Assembly (NCBI GenBank): GCA_025201805.1
Contig: MU619307.1
Span: 62,001 to 126,000, forward strand
Length of the DNA stretch: 64,000 nt
Direction of reading: 5' to 3'
DNA from: Parasitella parasitica NRRL 2501
Lineage: Eukaryota; Fungi; Mucoromycota
How positions within the stretch are numbered: the stretch's first letter is position 1; each line of letters opens with the position of its first letter. The notes under the pieces are model-generated. The model had not been told where the DNA came from. It did no database searches and saw only the letters and a list, made by a program, of their open reading frames with translations. Made by a program: the position numbers and the translations under genes. Below are positions 1-13,438 of the stretch, piece by piece.

Positions 1-1840
1 GCACTAACATTTAAAGTAACTCTGATAAATATTTTGATCATCTAACCAAACATAATGGTGCGACAAAAATGTTCCAAGTTTGATGAAAACGGAAAGTGGC
101 CAGTACGTTACAACTTACTGGTCAGATGAAGCATTTAAAAATATTAAGCGGTGAAAAACAGTTATTTTCCACGACAAATCACACCAATTGCATTTCTTAC
201 TTGCCTTATCCAGTCTAGATCTCAAGATCATGTCGCTTTGCTTACCAGTGAACAATAAATATATTATAGTATTCCTGGCGCACAGAGATAATTCTGGAAT
301 TGGATGAGGGACTTTGAGTCGTTAATATCCATATACTGTATTATAGAAAACTATCGTTATGGTCGGCATTGTCCACTTCCGAAAATATATTCTTTTCAAG
401 GTAGTTGAGCACTGTCAGTCTGCATCTTTCCGGGGAAAGTTTAAATGTATATTGGGGTTATAAAGGTCTACTGGTGTACTTGGAAAAAGTAATAAGCAGA
501 CTGTTCACCAACTTTGCTAGCCAAAGTATCTTCTACTTGATTTTCCACGGCAAGTTGAGCCTTAAAACAATTACTTTAATGCAAAGTCGGTGTGAACATC
601 AAGCTTATGATATGTTAATTTTTTTTTTTTTTTGCTTACTGCGGACGACTAATATCGCATTAAGAGTTGGTTCATTTCTGTGAATGGTTAAAAAAGGAGA
701 GCAGCCTCTAATAGAGTGTTAAAGCAGCTCATTGGATAAAGACACTGCCGTGATGAAAGATGGCAAAGAACATTTTGGAGGTGAAAATATTCTAAAAGGC
801 TTATCGACACAATTATCTTATGTTTCATTATTCAACAAATCATAATGTTAGTATTCTTCTATAGGAATGCAGCGCATGCCCAAGTAACTTGTGTATAGCA
901 TGACATGGCTTTCAGAGACGCAGCATTCATACCATTGCATCAAATGTAAAGGAGAAAACCACCAAGACATAGAGTCAGTAACGCCCTAGACAAAATGCCT
1001 GATGTTGGTGTTTGTACATTAATTACTGTGTGATAAATCATGAGTAAAATGTCAATTTCTATTGTACCTCGATAGCTCCTAAACGCCATGCTTTTGGCTC
1101 TAAGCAAACCCAACAAAATGTATGTACTCTTCATACTTTATCCCTTAATAATTCTTCATAGTCATATTGTCATACATAGCAAACGGTCTGGCATGGCTTG
1201 ACTTTATGCCAAGTGTTGATAGTTAGTACCTTTCTTTCTTTAGCTATAACCAAGCAAAATTACTTGATATGATTATTAAAGAGACTTCTGGTTCCCCTTT
1301 CTAGATTGCTCGGCTCTTATTCACGGTCTTTTTAAATATAACTTGTGATGTGTTGAACATATATATTCATTAGGAGTGTGCTTTGTGACCCATCTTGTTT
1401 TTGTTACAAACGCACGAGATTTTGATATATATCGAGCAATGGAGGAGGCAAGAGATGAAACAATAAATGATACGAGATGATAAACTACAGTGCATACACT
1501 TGTTGGATGTGAAACGGTTGTGCAGTTGGCAAAGTCAAAGTTGAGAGCGATTATATATAGTACGATTAGGACATATCGATTCAGTAGCACTAAGCATGAA
1601 TGTTTATGTATATAAACCTACATACATAGAAACCGGAAAAAAAGAGGGTCTTTTGTATGCTGGATTATATACCCTCCTTTAAAATGTTCTCCTAAATACA
1701 TAAATTCCTTTTAAACTGCTTGTTTGAAAAGAAGAGAGAAATCTTTATTTCTTTCTCTTTTCTTTGTTTATTCATCAACTACTCATACATTTACAACACT
1801 TCATTTTTTTTAGCAACAAAAAAAGAAAAAAAAAAAATTC

Positions 1841-4352
1841 ATGGCTGCGCTTGAGACAGTTTATGCCGTTCATCATTTTGAAGCCGAAAATGATGATGAA
1901 CTCTCATTCCAAATCGGAGAAAAGGTTTTCGTCATTCAGAAAGATGATGGATTTGGTGATGGCTGGTGGAAGGTATATACCGTTAGATATTATGGAAAAA
2001 AAAAAAAAAAAAAAAAGGGGAGGGAGAAACTAACATGTCCAAAAACTCAAAGGGCGAGAATATAAGAGGCGAAGTAGGTTTATTTCCAATGAACTACATT
2101 ACATTCCAGCAGCCTCATCAGCAGATTATTGATCTCCCTACACCATCTACATCTGATACGACTAATACCACAATCAAAAAACCAATTCATATCGATACGA
2201 ATCTTCTAGATGGAGAAATCAGTGAATCGCCATCTGTTCGCTCATGCTATTCTTTCACATGTCCTATATCATCTTCATCCACCACGGGCCCTGCATCATC
2301 CACATATTCTAATGGAGGAACGGCACTTCGCAGATCTGTCATCAACACCTTATTTTTGCCTTCGTTGAGATCTAATTCACCCGAAGATTGGGATGTGGAT
2401 CAGGTTGAGATTTGGCTCAATGCAATGAACTTTGGAAGCATAGCAACAAATTTCAAAAGTATGTATTATATGATGGCTCTTCTCCTATCAAACTAATCGC
2501 CCATTTTTTTTTTTTTTTTTTTTGCTCAAACAGTGCAAGAGATTACAGGAGATATTTTGCTAGAATTAAATATGAATTCATTAAAAGAACTGGATATCCC
2601 CACCTTTGGCAAAAGGTTTAAGCTTCATACTGCAATCAATTCGCTTCGAGAAGAATGTGGTTATCAGCCGACAAACAGAATGTCAATCACTTCATCAACT
2701 TACTCGACAGATTCTCGCCTGACGCAGCAGAAAACTCCTGCAACAAGCGCATCGGCATCTCCCAGTTCTGTGCGCTATTCAACAAATCCTATATACGTGA
2801 GGGATTCTGCAAGCAACTATTCCAGTCTGGTGACACTGGAAAAGCATTATCGACCTTCAAGCACAATCGATCAAAGTGAGTTTTTCTCTGCGATTGCTAT
2901 TATCTTGTACTCAAGCAAATCCATTAGATCATGTATCCCCTCAAGGAGCGTCTCCTGTGTCTCCTGCATCCAACTATGACATCACGGACCCCAATCATCA
3001 CAATGTAAGTGTAATTCGTGTTCGTGCTCGACATTCTAAATACTAAAATACATCGCTGCAGTACGACCGAGATCAACAACTACCTGTCTCTGCTAGCAAA
3101 AAGTAACTAATATATACTAAAAACACTCGGATTATGTTTAACACGCCTTTCTATTTAGAGACATGGCGTTGATTCAGCAGGTTCAGAAACGCCAAACCGT
3201 ATTACCCATGGCTCACCGCAGTTCCATGGAGATTTATTCTACACGAACCACGGACGAAAATGGTGCTGTTACACCCGATATGGAAGGATGGCTCTATAAA
3301 CAAGGATGCAAGTATAAAAAGTGGAATAAGCGATGGTTTGTTCTCAAAGGTCCCAACTTGTTTTACTTCAAAAGCCCTAAAGACGTACGCATGAAGGGCA
3401 TCATTAATCTGAGAGGGTATAAAATCGTTCCTGATGAGACCATTCAGCCTGGGAAGTACTCTTTCAAAGCGCAACACGAAGATGAACGTACGTTTTATTT
3501 CTACACTGATCTTGACACCAGCATGAAATCGTGGATTTCAAGCTTGATGAAGGCAACCATTTCCCGTGATTTTACTGCTCCTGTTTTGAGTTCCAGCATG
3601 ATCCCTACCGTTTCATTAGATGTTGCACGTCGGATGAGACCTAGACCCCCCTCTGTTTTATTATATAGAAAGGATAAGAATGCAAATTTGTCCCCTCGCT
3701 CTTATGAGGCTAGCTATGGTTATCAAACGCCGGTTTCACCTGACAAGGGTCCAGAGGGAGAACTGCCCTCGCTATCAAAGGAAGATAACCTGAACCAGGA
3801 TTCCGGTTTTGATAGCAACGATCAAGAAGAAGAGGAGGAGGAAGAGGAAGAAGACGAAGAAAAAACCAAAGACATTGCTCTACAAAACGATTATAATGAC
3901 GAGGACGAAGATGAAGGACATCTCTCTAGCGAAGAGTTTCCAGAGTACGATCAGCCATCGTCGTGGACATCAGCAGAGTACATCCAATGGGTAAATTCAA
4001 TTAGTAGCTCGATCAAAATCAACGAATTGCATGAGCTGAGACAAGGCGATGTTCTTATTGAAATATTGGAGCAATTAAGCGGTACAACAGTCAAGCAACT
4101 ACCTCCTTCAACAGTCGGATCAGTCAGTATGTTGATGTTGGACAACATTGTTGCCGTATTCAAGTTTATGAGTATGGAAGGTATTGAAATTGACAATCAA
4201 TTTGCTATTAAGGGTTAGTATTATTACACTAGCAGAAATGTTGTTTTTACTGACTGTTTGATGTAGACATTTTTGGTGGAAACGAGGAAAAGATTATGCT
4301 TCTGTTGCAATCCATTTTGAACTGGTCCGTCAAACTAAATGAAGTTGCCTAA
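1841..4352 (+). CDS. Boi1/Boi2/Pob1-like polarity scaffold (SH3-SAM-PH) with C-terminal calponin-homology-like domain; multi-exon
   Basis: SH3: VYAVHHFEAENDDELSF...DGWWK|GENIRGEVGLFPMNYI. SAM: WDVDQVEIWL...QEITGDILLELNMNSLKELDIPTFGKRFKL. PH: MEGWLYKQG...WNKRWFVLKGPNLFYFKS. GT-AG introns at about 1973-2052, 2459-2533, 2876-2927, 3005-3061, 3103-3158 and 4214-4266. Stop TAA ends at 4352. Confidence 0.88.
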
Positions 4353-5515
4353 TAACGATCATTTGTAATAATATATGTGTCTCCTTGCTACAAGAAAAAA
4401 AAAAATTACAGCAGTGCTGGTTTTATTCATAATATTTAATACTTCAATCTTATTTTCGTTATCTTATAAAATATAATAATCAATTCAATATCGAATTAGA
4501 AAGATATTTCTGCCAGGTTGCGTTGTAATTATCCGCTGTTAACAGATTATATTGCTACCCACTGGCTGCAATAAGACTCTAGTCAAGTTTTGAAACCTTT
4601 TTTCTAGCAGCAGTTCTAAATTCAATCTTGGTACCACAACTTGGGCTAATTACCTTTAACTATTGACCGCGGATTTATACTGTCTCCATTTAAGTCTTGT
4701 AAACAATGGTTGCAATCACTATTATAAAAAAACTTTTTTGAGTAATTTTTGGATAAAAAGAAATTGCTTTGTAACCAAATACTGAAGAGTCGATTCGCTA
4801 ACGCCATTTAGCTCACAAGCAATGGGTGGAGTTTGATAGTAACCTCTCTACATTTTTCCTGTTATTGTGAAATTCAAACGAAAATAAACGTGTTTAGAGA
4901 TAGACGATACTTGACTTGAGAAAAACTAAACTTTTTCATTGAATGAACACAATTGGTTGTTTGCCTCTATCTAGCAATAGAGGAAGATGTTGTTCAAAGA
5001 GTGCTAATGCCATGATCAGCCTATCACTTTTATGTTATAATTTTGATATTGAACGTCTTGAAAAATTGAAAATGCCATATTCTATTGATATATTGAATTA
5101 GTTACACTTTATTGTGTTAAAAATGCGAAATGATCACAATAAAAGGCATGCTGATGCGACTACGGATAAAAATAATCGTCAAAATGAGAAGGTGATAAGG
5201 ATTTAGACATCACAGCAGTAGAATCGACACATTAATTCAACAACTAATGTCATATACTTGTCTATGGTTTTTACATATTTATTTCATAGAGCTTTTGGGC
5301 AATCTCAAGACATTGCCCGTCATCGTGCGGCCGCCGCTGTTGCTACGCCAGCAAGCTTTTTTTTTTTTTTTGCGTGTATAACCTCTGTAATATTTTATTA
5401 GAGGTCAATAAAAAGCCATTAAGGCATACACAAATAATGTTCACTCATGTACATTTTTCAATGCAATTTTGGCTACCAGAGAATTCTTTTCGAGCATACC
5501 CATATGTTATCAGTT

Positions 5516-5542
5516 GATCCATCTTGAAACACGGACCAAGGA
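5516..5542 (+). other. Isolated 28S/LSU rRNA-like oligomer (not an rRNA gene)
   Basis: TCTTGAAACACGGACCAAGGA (5522-5542) matches the conserved LSU segment targeted by the LR3/NL4 primers; flanks are not rDNA-like. Confidence 0.55.
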
Positions 5543-6907
5543 ACCAGCCGCCACACGCCTTGAATACATTGGCAAGTCAATTGATGTAAAACTACGGTAG
5601 GAGAGTATAATCTGACATGAACGTTTTATATTGAATAATCAGCTGTAGAGTGCCAGAAAGATAATCCATTATATTTGCATTAAACTCTTTTACTTTTCAA
5701 TGCTTTCCACGTTTATATGTGTATAAGGCTGAGATACTTACGAGTGTTTGAATGAGGCATACGCATATAAACAGCCTCATTAGAACAGAGACTTCTAGTT
5801 TCATGTTTAAAAGCGAGTATCCTAGCATCGCAAAGGATCATCTTGCGTACTTGTAAAGCTGGATGAGCTTATTAATTAACGTCATCTTGGTTAATTTTAT
5901 GCGCATAGAATTTGTTATACAGTGAAGGACTTGAATTACTATGAAGCCGATTTGTATACAATATTGCTATTATTCAATGATATGTAGTCAAGAAGGCTGC
6001 TATAATTTACTTGTTTAATAATGATGATTTTTATTATACCGTTACAGTAGCAATCTACAACATCAATGTTACCAATGGCCTGTCTTTTGCGGTAGGAGCG
6101 ATTATTTATTTTTCGTGAAAACGGAAGATAAGGTCTTGGTATCAAACGCGAGCCCATATTCAGCTTACCCACTCTACATATTGTAAATTTTAATAAATAA
6201 GAGTAGTATGTTATAACTGTGATTTTTTGAAGAATAAGATATCATTACACAACCTGAAAAGATATAGGTAGCAAAGCGTTCCTGGAAATTTCTTGCACAA
6301 ACAATTTTAAAAGGACGAGAACAAATCGATTTAGTATAAATACGGAACGAAATGATATATCCCATGATTACATGATACACATATAACAGAGGTTTACTTA
6401 CAGCAGCATTGGTATATATTATATTTATAAAGGACTATTCCATGGGATTGGTTTTGCCATCCTGAGGTCGCTTTTCTCTTTTACTTTCTCTTCTGCTCTG
6501 CAGCGTATTATGTAAATTCTTCTTAATGCTTGTGCTAATTCTTCTGCAAAGAGACGAAGACCTCCAGTAAAGACTTGTGGATGCTTTTGTTGGATACATA
6601 TCAAGGGCCATTGTGGTTACCATAGATACACCATCTGCATCTTTAAATGATGCGGACGTTTTCTGATCTTGAACCAACATGTAGTTATTTTTATTGCTGT
6701 ATCGTTGAAGCATTCTTATTATTATTATTATCTTTTTTTTATGAAGAAAGAGGAAAAAGAGACCTGCTACAAGAAAACGATCAGCTTAAATACACTCTTT
6801 GAGCTTATTGAGGCGGAGAACATGGATGTTATACATAAAAATTACAGAGAGAGAGAGAGCTTTTATTTGCCTGTGATGATGAATTGAAAAACATAAACTG
6901 ACGTAAT

Positions 6908-9900
6908 TTACATTGACCTTAGCTTTCTATTATTCATATTAGTGCACAAGGAACCCAAAGCAATGTTTGTGTGATAGACTTGCCTTCGTTTCTTGTTTTT
7001 TAATGGTGATGAGGGCGGCAGCATACCTGTCAAATCACCATCTTGTTCTCCGTTTGAATGCTCGTCTTCATTGATATTACTTTGTGATACAGTGGCGCCA
7101 AGAATTGGGCTACAAAAATCCAATTCAGGGTCTGCAAATGCTGATGTTGGTGTGGTTGATTCCAATTCTTCTTGGTTTTCGCCTTGTACAAATTGTTCAT
7201 TATCAGAATTTATAACAGTATTAGATGACGGCGGGGCAGTAGTAGTGGCAGTGGTTGTCTTGATATCATGAATATTACTTTGTCGTCTTGAAGCCTTTTC
7301 AAAAGCCTCTTTCAATCGACGATGTCCTTCCTGCATCAGCTTGAGCTTCTGCTTTAATTTCCCATTTTCATCATGTAGTGTACTCATAGCATTACGCATT
7401 TCAGTAATCAGCTCTTCCTCTCGACCAGCATTGACACTTAACACAATCATAGATTCACGGCCTGTCTTTTTAGGTGCTAAGATGGGTAGTGAAAGCTGCG
7501 CATAGTGTGTGAGCAGTGTTTTCGATCGATCAAGGATCTTGTACGGATCGTTGCTGAATTTTTTTTCGGTTATAAGCTTCATCAATTTACCCATACTCGT
7601 TTCCTGGAAAAAGGCGTTTGTTCGAGGACTATTGACATAAGGTATTGGTAAAGACTTACTTTTACAAGGTCAAACGTAACATTTTGAAATCGCTCGATTT
7701 CACCCATAATAATGTCTGCATCATGGGAATACTAAGCAAAACAATGTGGTTAGGAATAGGCCTAGCAATCTCGACAAATGCAAACCTCTTGGCCTCGAAA
7801 AAGACTACGTCTCAGCTTCTTTCTTAAATCCAGAAAATCGTCAAACATTTGTTGCTTCTTGGATTTTATTCGAGTGTCGAGATGCTGATCATCCTCAATA
7901 TTTTTTAGTGGATGCTGATCAGGCTTTGGTTGATTAGGTTGCTGTTCCACAGCCTCGGTAGGTTCCTGGCTAACGGAAGGTCTTGATATCAATGTTCGGA
8001 TTCTCTCATCTTTTTCTTTTATAATCAAGTTCAACCGAGACAATTCCTGTTTATGCATTTGTTGGCCTTTTTCTAATTCTGCAATCTAGAATGTTGTGTT
8101 GAAAATCTATGATGTAAAAAAAAGAAAAAAAAAAAAAACAAGGAATATTACCTTTTCTAGTAAACTGTGTTTCGTTGCTTCTTGCACATTTAAATGTATG
8201 TGTAGTTTATCCATTTCTGCTGATAGCTGGTTTTGCTTTTCTTGAAGCTAAAAATAAGGTCATCAGTGTCATTCTGTCAACGATAACAAAAGAAAGAAGA
8301 ACCTTTAATAAGCCTATCATGTTACATGTCATAATTAGGAACTCCCCTTTTTGGGTTCTAGCGTCACATGTAAATATTACCTTGTTCATCTCCTTGGTTC
8401 TGCGCCAGATCCTTGATCTTTGCGTCCGTTTGGTCGTTCTAGAACAAAACAAAGCTCAACATTTTTGATACAAAATAGAGTATAGGTATACCTCTTTTTT
8501 CAAAAATGATACGTAAATGTCTTCCATTCTTTTTAGCTCAACTTCGGTTTCTTTTGCAACCTGTTGACGAATATCTGTTTCTATCGTAGCACATCTTGTT
8601 TCTGCTTCAATCCACTATTATTTTCAACTGCTTAGTAGTGAATGCCTCTTGTTCTTTCATTTTGTCTACATTCATTACCTTGTTGCGCAATTCATCGAGC
8701 TGTGATATCAAGTTATCGACAAAAGGATCCTCAGTGTCTCCATCTTCGTCGTCGTCGTCTTCGTCGTCGCCGTCTTCTTCTTCTTCATTTTCTCCAGTTG
8801 CTTTGAGAAATTTGTCAACATCCATTCCATCGTCATTGTCGTCATCATTCATAAGCGCATCAACACCATGGTAAACCTTATTTCTACGACGTTTCTTGGA
8901 TAATCCAGATAAATCGCACAATTCCAGTTTAGGATGAACACGGCGCCATGTAGCTACATCTTTGGCAACCGCAGCAAACTTCATTACATGGCTATTTTCA
9001 TCAAAACCAGTATCAAAAGGATTCACGTTGACTACCATTACAGCTTTGCCATCTCCTTCAAATGAACTTTTGAATAATTCTGTTAATTTACTGTGGCGAT
9101 AAGGCACCATTGCACTTTTCTGTTGAGGTCGTTACTTTTCTCGTTCATTCAGTCAAAAACATACATGTACATACCTTGCCAATAGCACTTTTCATTTGAT
9201 TCAATCGCAATGTCTCCATACATTGGCCCAGCACCATGAGTGACTTGTTGATGTTGCCTGCTTCCTTTAATCGCTGCCCTGAATTCAATGTGTTTCGATA
9301 CCTTTCGGATCCAGCTAAATCGACAATAGAAAATTTAGAGACTGTAGCATACACTGGATCTTCAATCACATAGTCGTTTTCGTAAATAGGCACTCGCACA
9401 ACTCGAATGGTGAAAATGCTATGGCTTCGGCTGCTGGTGTGATTGGTAATGGTCGAGTATTCCGCCCTGTTTCGTTGGCCCTCGTATAAAATAGCATAAG
9501 CCTCCTGAATTGTCTTTACTTTCACTTCCTTGAGCCCAGCAATGTACTTGTGTCCGCTACTGTATTCGTATTTCAGAGACAAGGCCTTGCGCTTTTTGAG
9601 CCGATCAGGCTGTACAAGCAAATCATAGATCCTTTCCGTATATATTTCCGCAAATGACACCCAAATGCCGTATTCATAATGCTGGTCGATGGCGATGGTT
9701 GTATGATCTCGATTCGCAGGCAAATCCGATTCCCAAACATCTTCTTGCTGCACTGCACGGCTTGTACTGGTATTCTGGTGAAATATGTCTCGGTTTTCAT
9801 CTGCTGGATCGCTGTATTTCTGTACAAGACTATGCATGCACGGCCGGACTTGAGTGTCACTCTTGAAATCTTCAATGCTATTAAATATGACGTCCAATGT

Positions 9901-10688
9901 GCGAGGTAGTAAGCCAGGATTCTGTCTCGTGCCCATGATGGAGAATGTTTTGCCAGAATTGGTGACACCATACGCAAAAATCAATGCATTCTCGCCACAA
10001 AGAACGTCATGGATCAATGGTAGTGTCGTCTTGTTGAAGAAATCTTGCTGTGAAACTGCATCTGTGAATATTTTGGAGAACTTGTATCTTTCAGGCGCCC
10101 TGTTTCTTGTGCGATAAGCGTTCGAGTCCTATGTACATGCGTCGGCTGTAAGTTTGCGTTTATAGATGGAAGAGCACTACAACATACCTCAGGTGGCGTT
10201 ATGGACACTTCTAGATCATCCACAATCTCCAAGTAGGGTTCTGCTGATTCCAGCTCATAACTAGCAGAGTGGGGTCGAATCCTCAAATAAGCCTATGACT
10301 CAAAGTCTTTGGTAACTTGTTTGCTGGCAATGCATCATTGACGCTTTACCTTTATTGGTTCTTTTTCAGGATTATAGGCAAAGAAACTGTTGTGCCCTTT
10401 GCTTGGTTGTTGATGTTGTTCTCGAGCAAGTGCAACAAAATCAGGTACTCTAGGTGGTTTGAATACAGTTCTAGAGTGACTAGAAATACGGTTTGGTGTT
10501 ACATTGTAGCTTCTATGTGGTGTAGTTTTGTTGGCTCTAGTAGGTGTTCTTTGAGGTGTTTCGCTGCCTTCGCCACTTCCTCTTGTGGGTGTGCGGGGCG
10601 CTCTCGGCTTAAGGCTTTCATTTGCGCTGCCAAACAGCAGATTAGATTCAATATAAGAGTATTAGACGATATCTGCATACCTAAACAT
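6908..10688 (-). CDS. Kinesin-6 family motor (MKLP/KIF20/Klp9-like); multi-exon
   Basis: P-loop AYGVTNSGKT, switch I SSRSHSIF, switch II VDLAGSER, EAGNINKSL and VPYRHSKLT. Long insert after the P-loop typical of kinesin-6; coiled-coil C-terminal exons. Likely start is an 8-nt exon ATGTTTAG at 10688-10681. 3' exon structure is less certain. Confidence 0.88.
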
Positions 10689-11143
10689 AAGGAATTAAGA
10701 AACAAAGCAAATGTAAAAACCCTAATTACAAAGATTATTGCCCTTTATTTTATTCAGGCAATGGGCTGTCACGATGATGCTGGTAAAGTTTGTATCTGGT
10801 CAAGTAACGGGATGAGAATTCTGCGTATACAGGCAACATGTCAGTGCTGATGGTAGCCACTGCCAATGTATTTCTTTTGTGCTTTGGGCGAGTCTATATT
10901 TTCATTTATCAGACACCTTGATTTAAGGCTGGGAGATCCATCTTTGATGTCTTTTGCTCGCTACAGACAGAGGCCATGTTTCGATTGAAGCCAAATGAAA
11001 ACGTCGCATGTGGTCATTCTCAGGACTGCGATGCCTGTAATTAGCAGTAGCAAGGCGCAATGAAAAGCAGATAAATGTTACGCGGCATCATTCTATTGCA
11101 CATTGTCTTTCCTTTCAAATTAGTCTTGGATACACTTGTCAGA

Positions 11144-11974
11144 ATGCCACCTCAGCAACCACCTCAACGTAATGAGATAGTAGAATGGTACAATTCTATC
11201 CCGCCCATTACAAAAGCACTTTTTACGCTTTCTATTGCAACAACAACCGTCTCAACTTTTGGAATAATATCACCTTCATCGCTTATCCTTTATTGGCCAG
11301 ACGTTAGAAATAAACTGCAGGTAAGAGTTTGATTTAGCATATGGCACGCCAAGCTGATCGTCTTGCAATAGCTGTGGAGGCTTGTATCTTGCTTTTTTTT
11401 CAACAAAATCAGTCTTGGATTTGCGTTCAATGTTTACTTTCTGTACCGCAATTCGTTACAGTTAGAAAATGAGGTATTCCAGGGTCAGCCAGCCGACTAC
11501 ATGTTCTTCCATCTCTTCACCTCTGGCTTGCAGCTGGCTGCGTCAAGTTTATTTGGGTTATATGTGTTGAGCGATGGCCTTTTGCTCTCAATTGCGTATT
11601 TATGGGCTCAGCATTATAGTGACATGCCCGTGACATTCATGTTTGGCATTCGCCTCAAGGCTCTCTACTTGCCTTGGGCAATGATTGCCTCAGACTTTTT
11701 AATGTCGGGCGCTATTCCCAAGGCGTCTATTGCCGGCATGGTGGCCTCTCACATCTATTACTACTTGACGTCAATATATCCTCGTCAAGGAGGTCGCCGT
11801 TATTTGCAAACACCTGAATTTTTAAAAAGACTGTTCCCTGCAAACAGCAGAGCATTCCGCGGCGGATTCGGACGTCAAGACCAATCGTCTGGCAGCAGCA
11901 CAGCAACAACTAGCAGCAATAACAACATGTTTGGAAGACATTCTTGGGGAACTGGTCAGCGATTAGGTTCTTGA
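11144..11974 (+). CDS. Derlin (Der1/Dfm1-like ERAD rhomboid pseudoprotease) with C-terminal SHP box
   Basis: WYNSIPPITK, Q|LWRL (intron 11321-11371), FMFGIRLKALYLPW, GMVASHIYYYL; C-terminal WGTGQRLG (SHP-box-like Cdc48/p97-binding motif). Confidence 0.9.
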
Positions 11975-12188
11975 TTTGACAATCGAGCATAATAAAATAG
12001 CGATTTGAGTTGTAGTCTTGCTACGTCACCTTCACAATTAAGGGCGGGGTTGTTGGCCTTTAAGAGAAACCAAACAGGGTTGATCTTCATGTAACTGCAA
12101 AAGAAGCTTTTCTTCTTTAATTGATACATTTTGGCTTGTTGGATATCTATTTAAACACAAAAAAAAAAAAAAAACCCCCTACTCTACA

Positions 12189-13438
12189 ATGATTTCTCGG
12201 CTCGCATTGAACACAGCAAAGCGTTCAGTTCGCTCATTTGCTAAAACTTCCAACCAGGTAACGTGTCAGCGTCTGATTGCCCATTCTTTCCTTCTACCCG
12301 ACACACACATATACACAAGACCTGCTTGCAACATAGCAACAGCAAACCTGCTAACACTGTGTCATTAGGTTAGATTTGCTTCTACCAAGCCTTTCGTCGC
12401 TCAAGTATGTTGTTTATTAGATTGGATGTGTTGATCGTTGTAACTTATTGTGTACCTTGAAGCACCCTATTCAATTCAGCTTAGTGACAGGTGCCATTGT
12501 TGGTACGACAGCAGCTGCTTACATGTATGCTGATGTTTCTGCCAATATGGCCGATGAAGGCCTCCATCCCCCTAGTCATCCTTGGCCTCATAGCGGCCCT
12601 CTTGACACTTTTGACCATGCTTCGTGAGTGTAGATTCAAACGCTCGACACAATTGGTAGGATTTTAACAATGTCTTGTAGTATCCGTCGTGGTTATCAAG
12701 TTTACAGAGAGGTTTGCTCTGCTTGCCACTCTCTTGATCGTATTGCTTGGAGAAATCTGATTGATGTTTCCCATTCTGACGATGAAGTTAAAGCTATGGC
12801 TGAAGAATTTGAATATCAAGACGGACCTGACGAAAATGGCGAGATGTTTATGAGACCCGGCAAGGTAAGTGTTGAAGAGCGAGAGAAGGAAGGGATCAAT
12901 GTATGCTCACTGAGTCATGGATTGTTAGCCTGCTGATTACATGCCCAAAGCATATCCAAATGAAGAAGCTGCCCGTGCTGCTAATGCTGGTGCTTTGCCC
13001 CCAGATCTCTCATTAATTACCAAGGCCCGCCATGGTGGTGAGGTAATTTATGGTGCAAATGTATTTTGGCAATTGCTAATTTCTGTCATATAGGATTACG
13101 TTTTTGCTCTTCTTACAGGCTATGTTGATGCACCTGGAGGCGTTGAAGTTCGTGAAGGTTTGAACTATAATCCTTATTTCCCCGGTGGTGCTATTGCCAT
13201 GGCACAAACTCTCTTTGATGGCGTTGTTGAGTATGAAGATGGTACTCCTGCTACCGCTTCCCAAATGGCCAAGGATGTTTGCACTTTCCTTGCTTGGGCT
13301 GCTGAGCCTGAGCATGATGAACGTAAGAAGATGGGTATGAAGGCTACAATCATCACAGTTGGTTTAGTTGCCTTGTCTGTTTACCTTAAGAAGTTCAAGT
13401 GGGCACCTCTAAAAACTAGAAAGATTGTTTACAAGTAA
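12189..13438 (+). CDS. CYT1: Cytochrome c1, heme protein of mitochondrial complex III; multi-exon
   Basis: [11 protein letters not shown]...FDHAS|[18 protein letters not shown] (CxxCH), [27 protein letters not shown]; N-terminal presequence-like exons. Confidence 0.96.

Noticed and set aside
1-1600. Short ORFs at the left edge
   Set aside because: Non-ATG starts or low-complexity translations, with no family motif or splice-consistent model.
6435-6887. Short ORFs downstream of the kinesin
   Set aside because: Could be extra 3' exons or noise; no motif and no unambiguous splice path.
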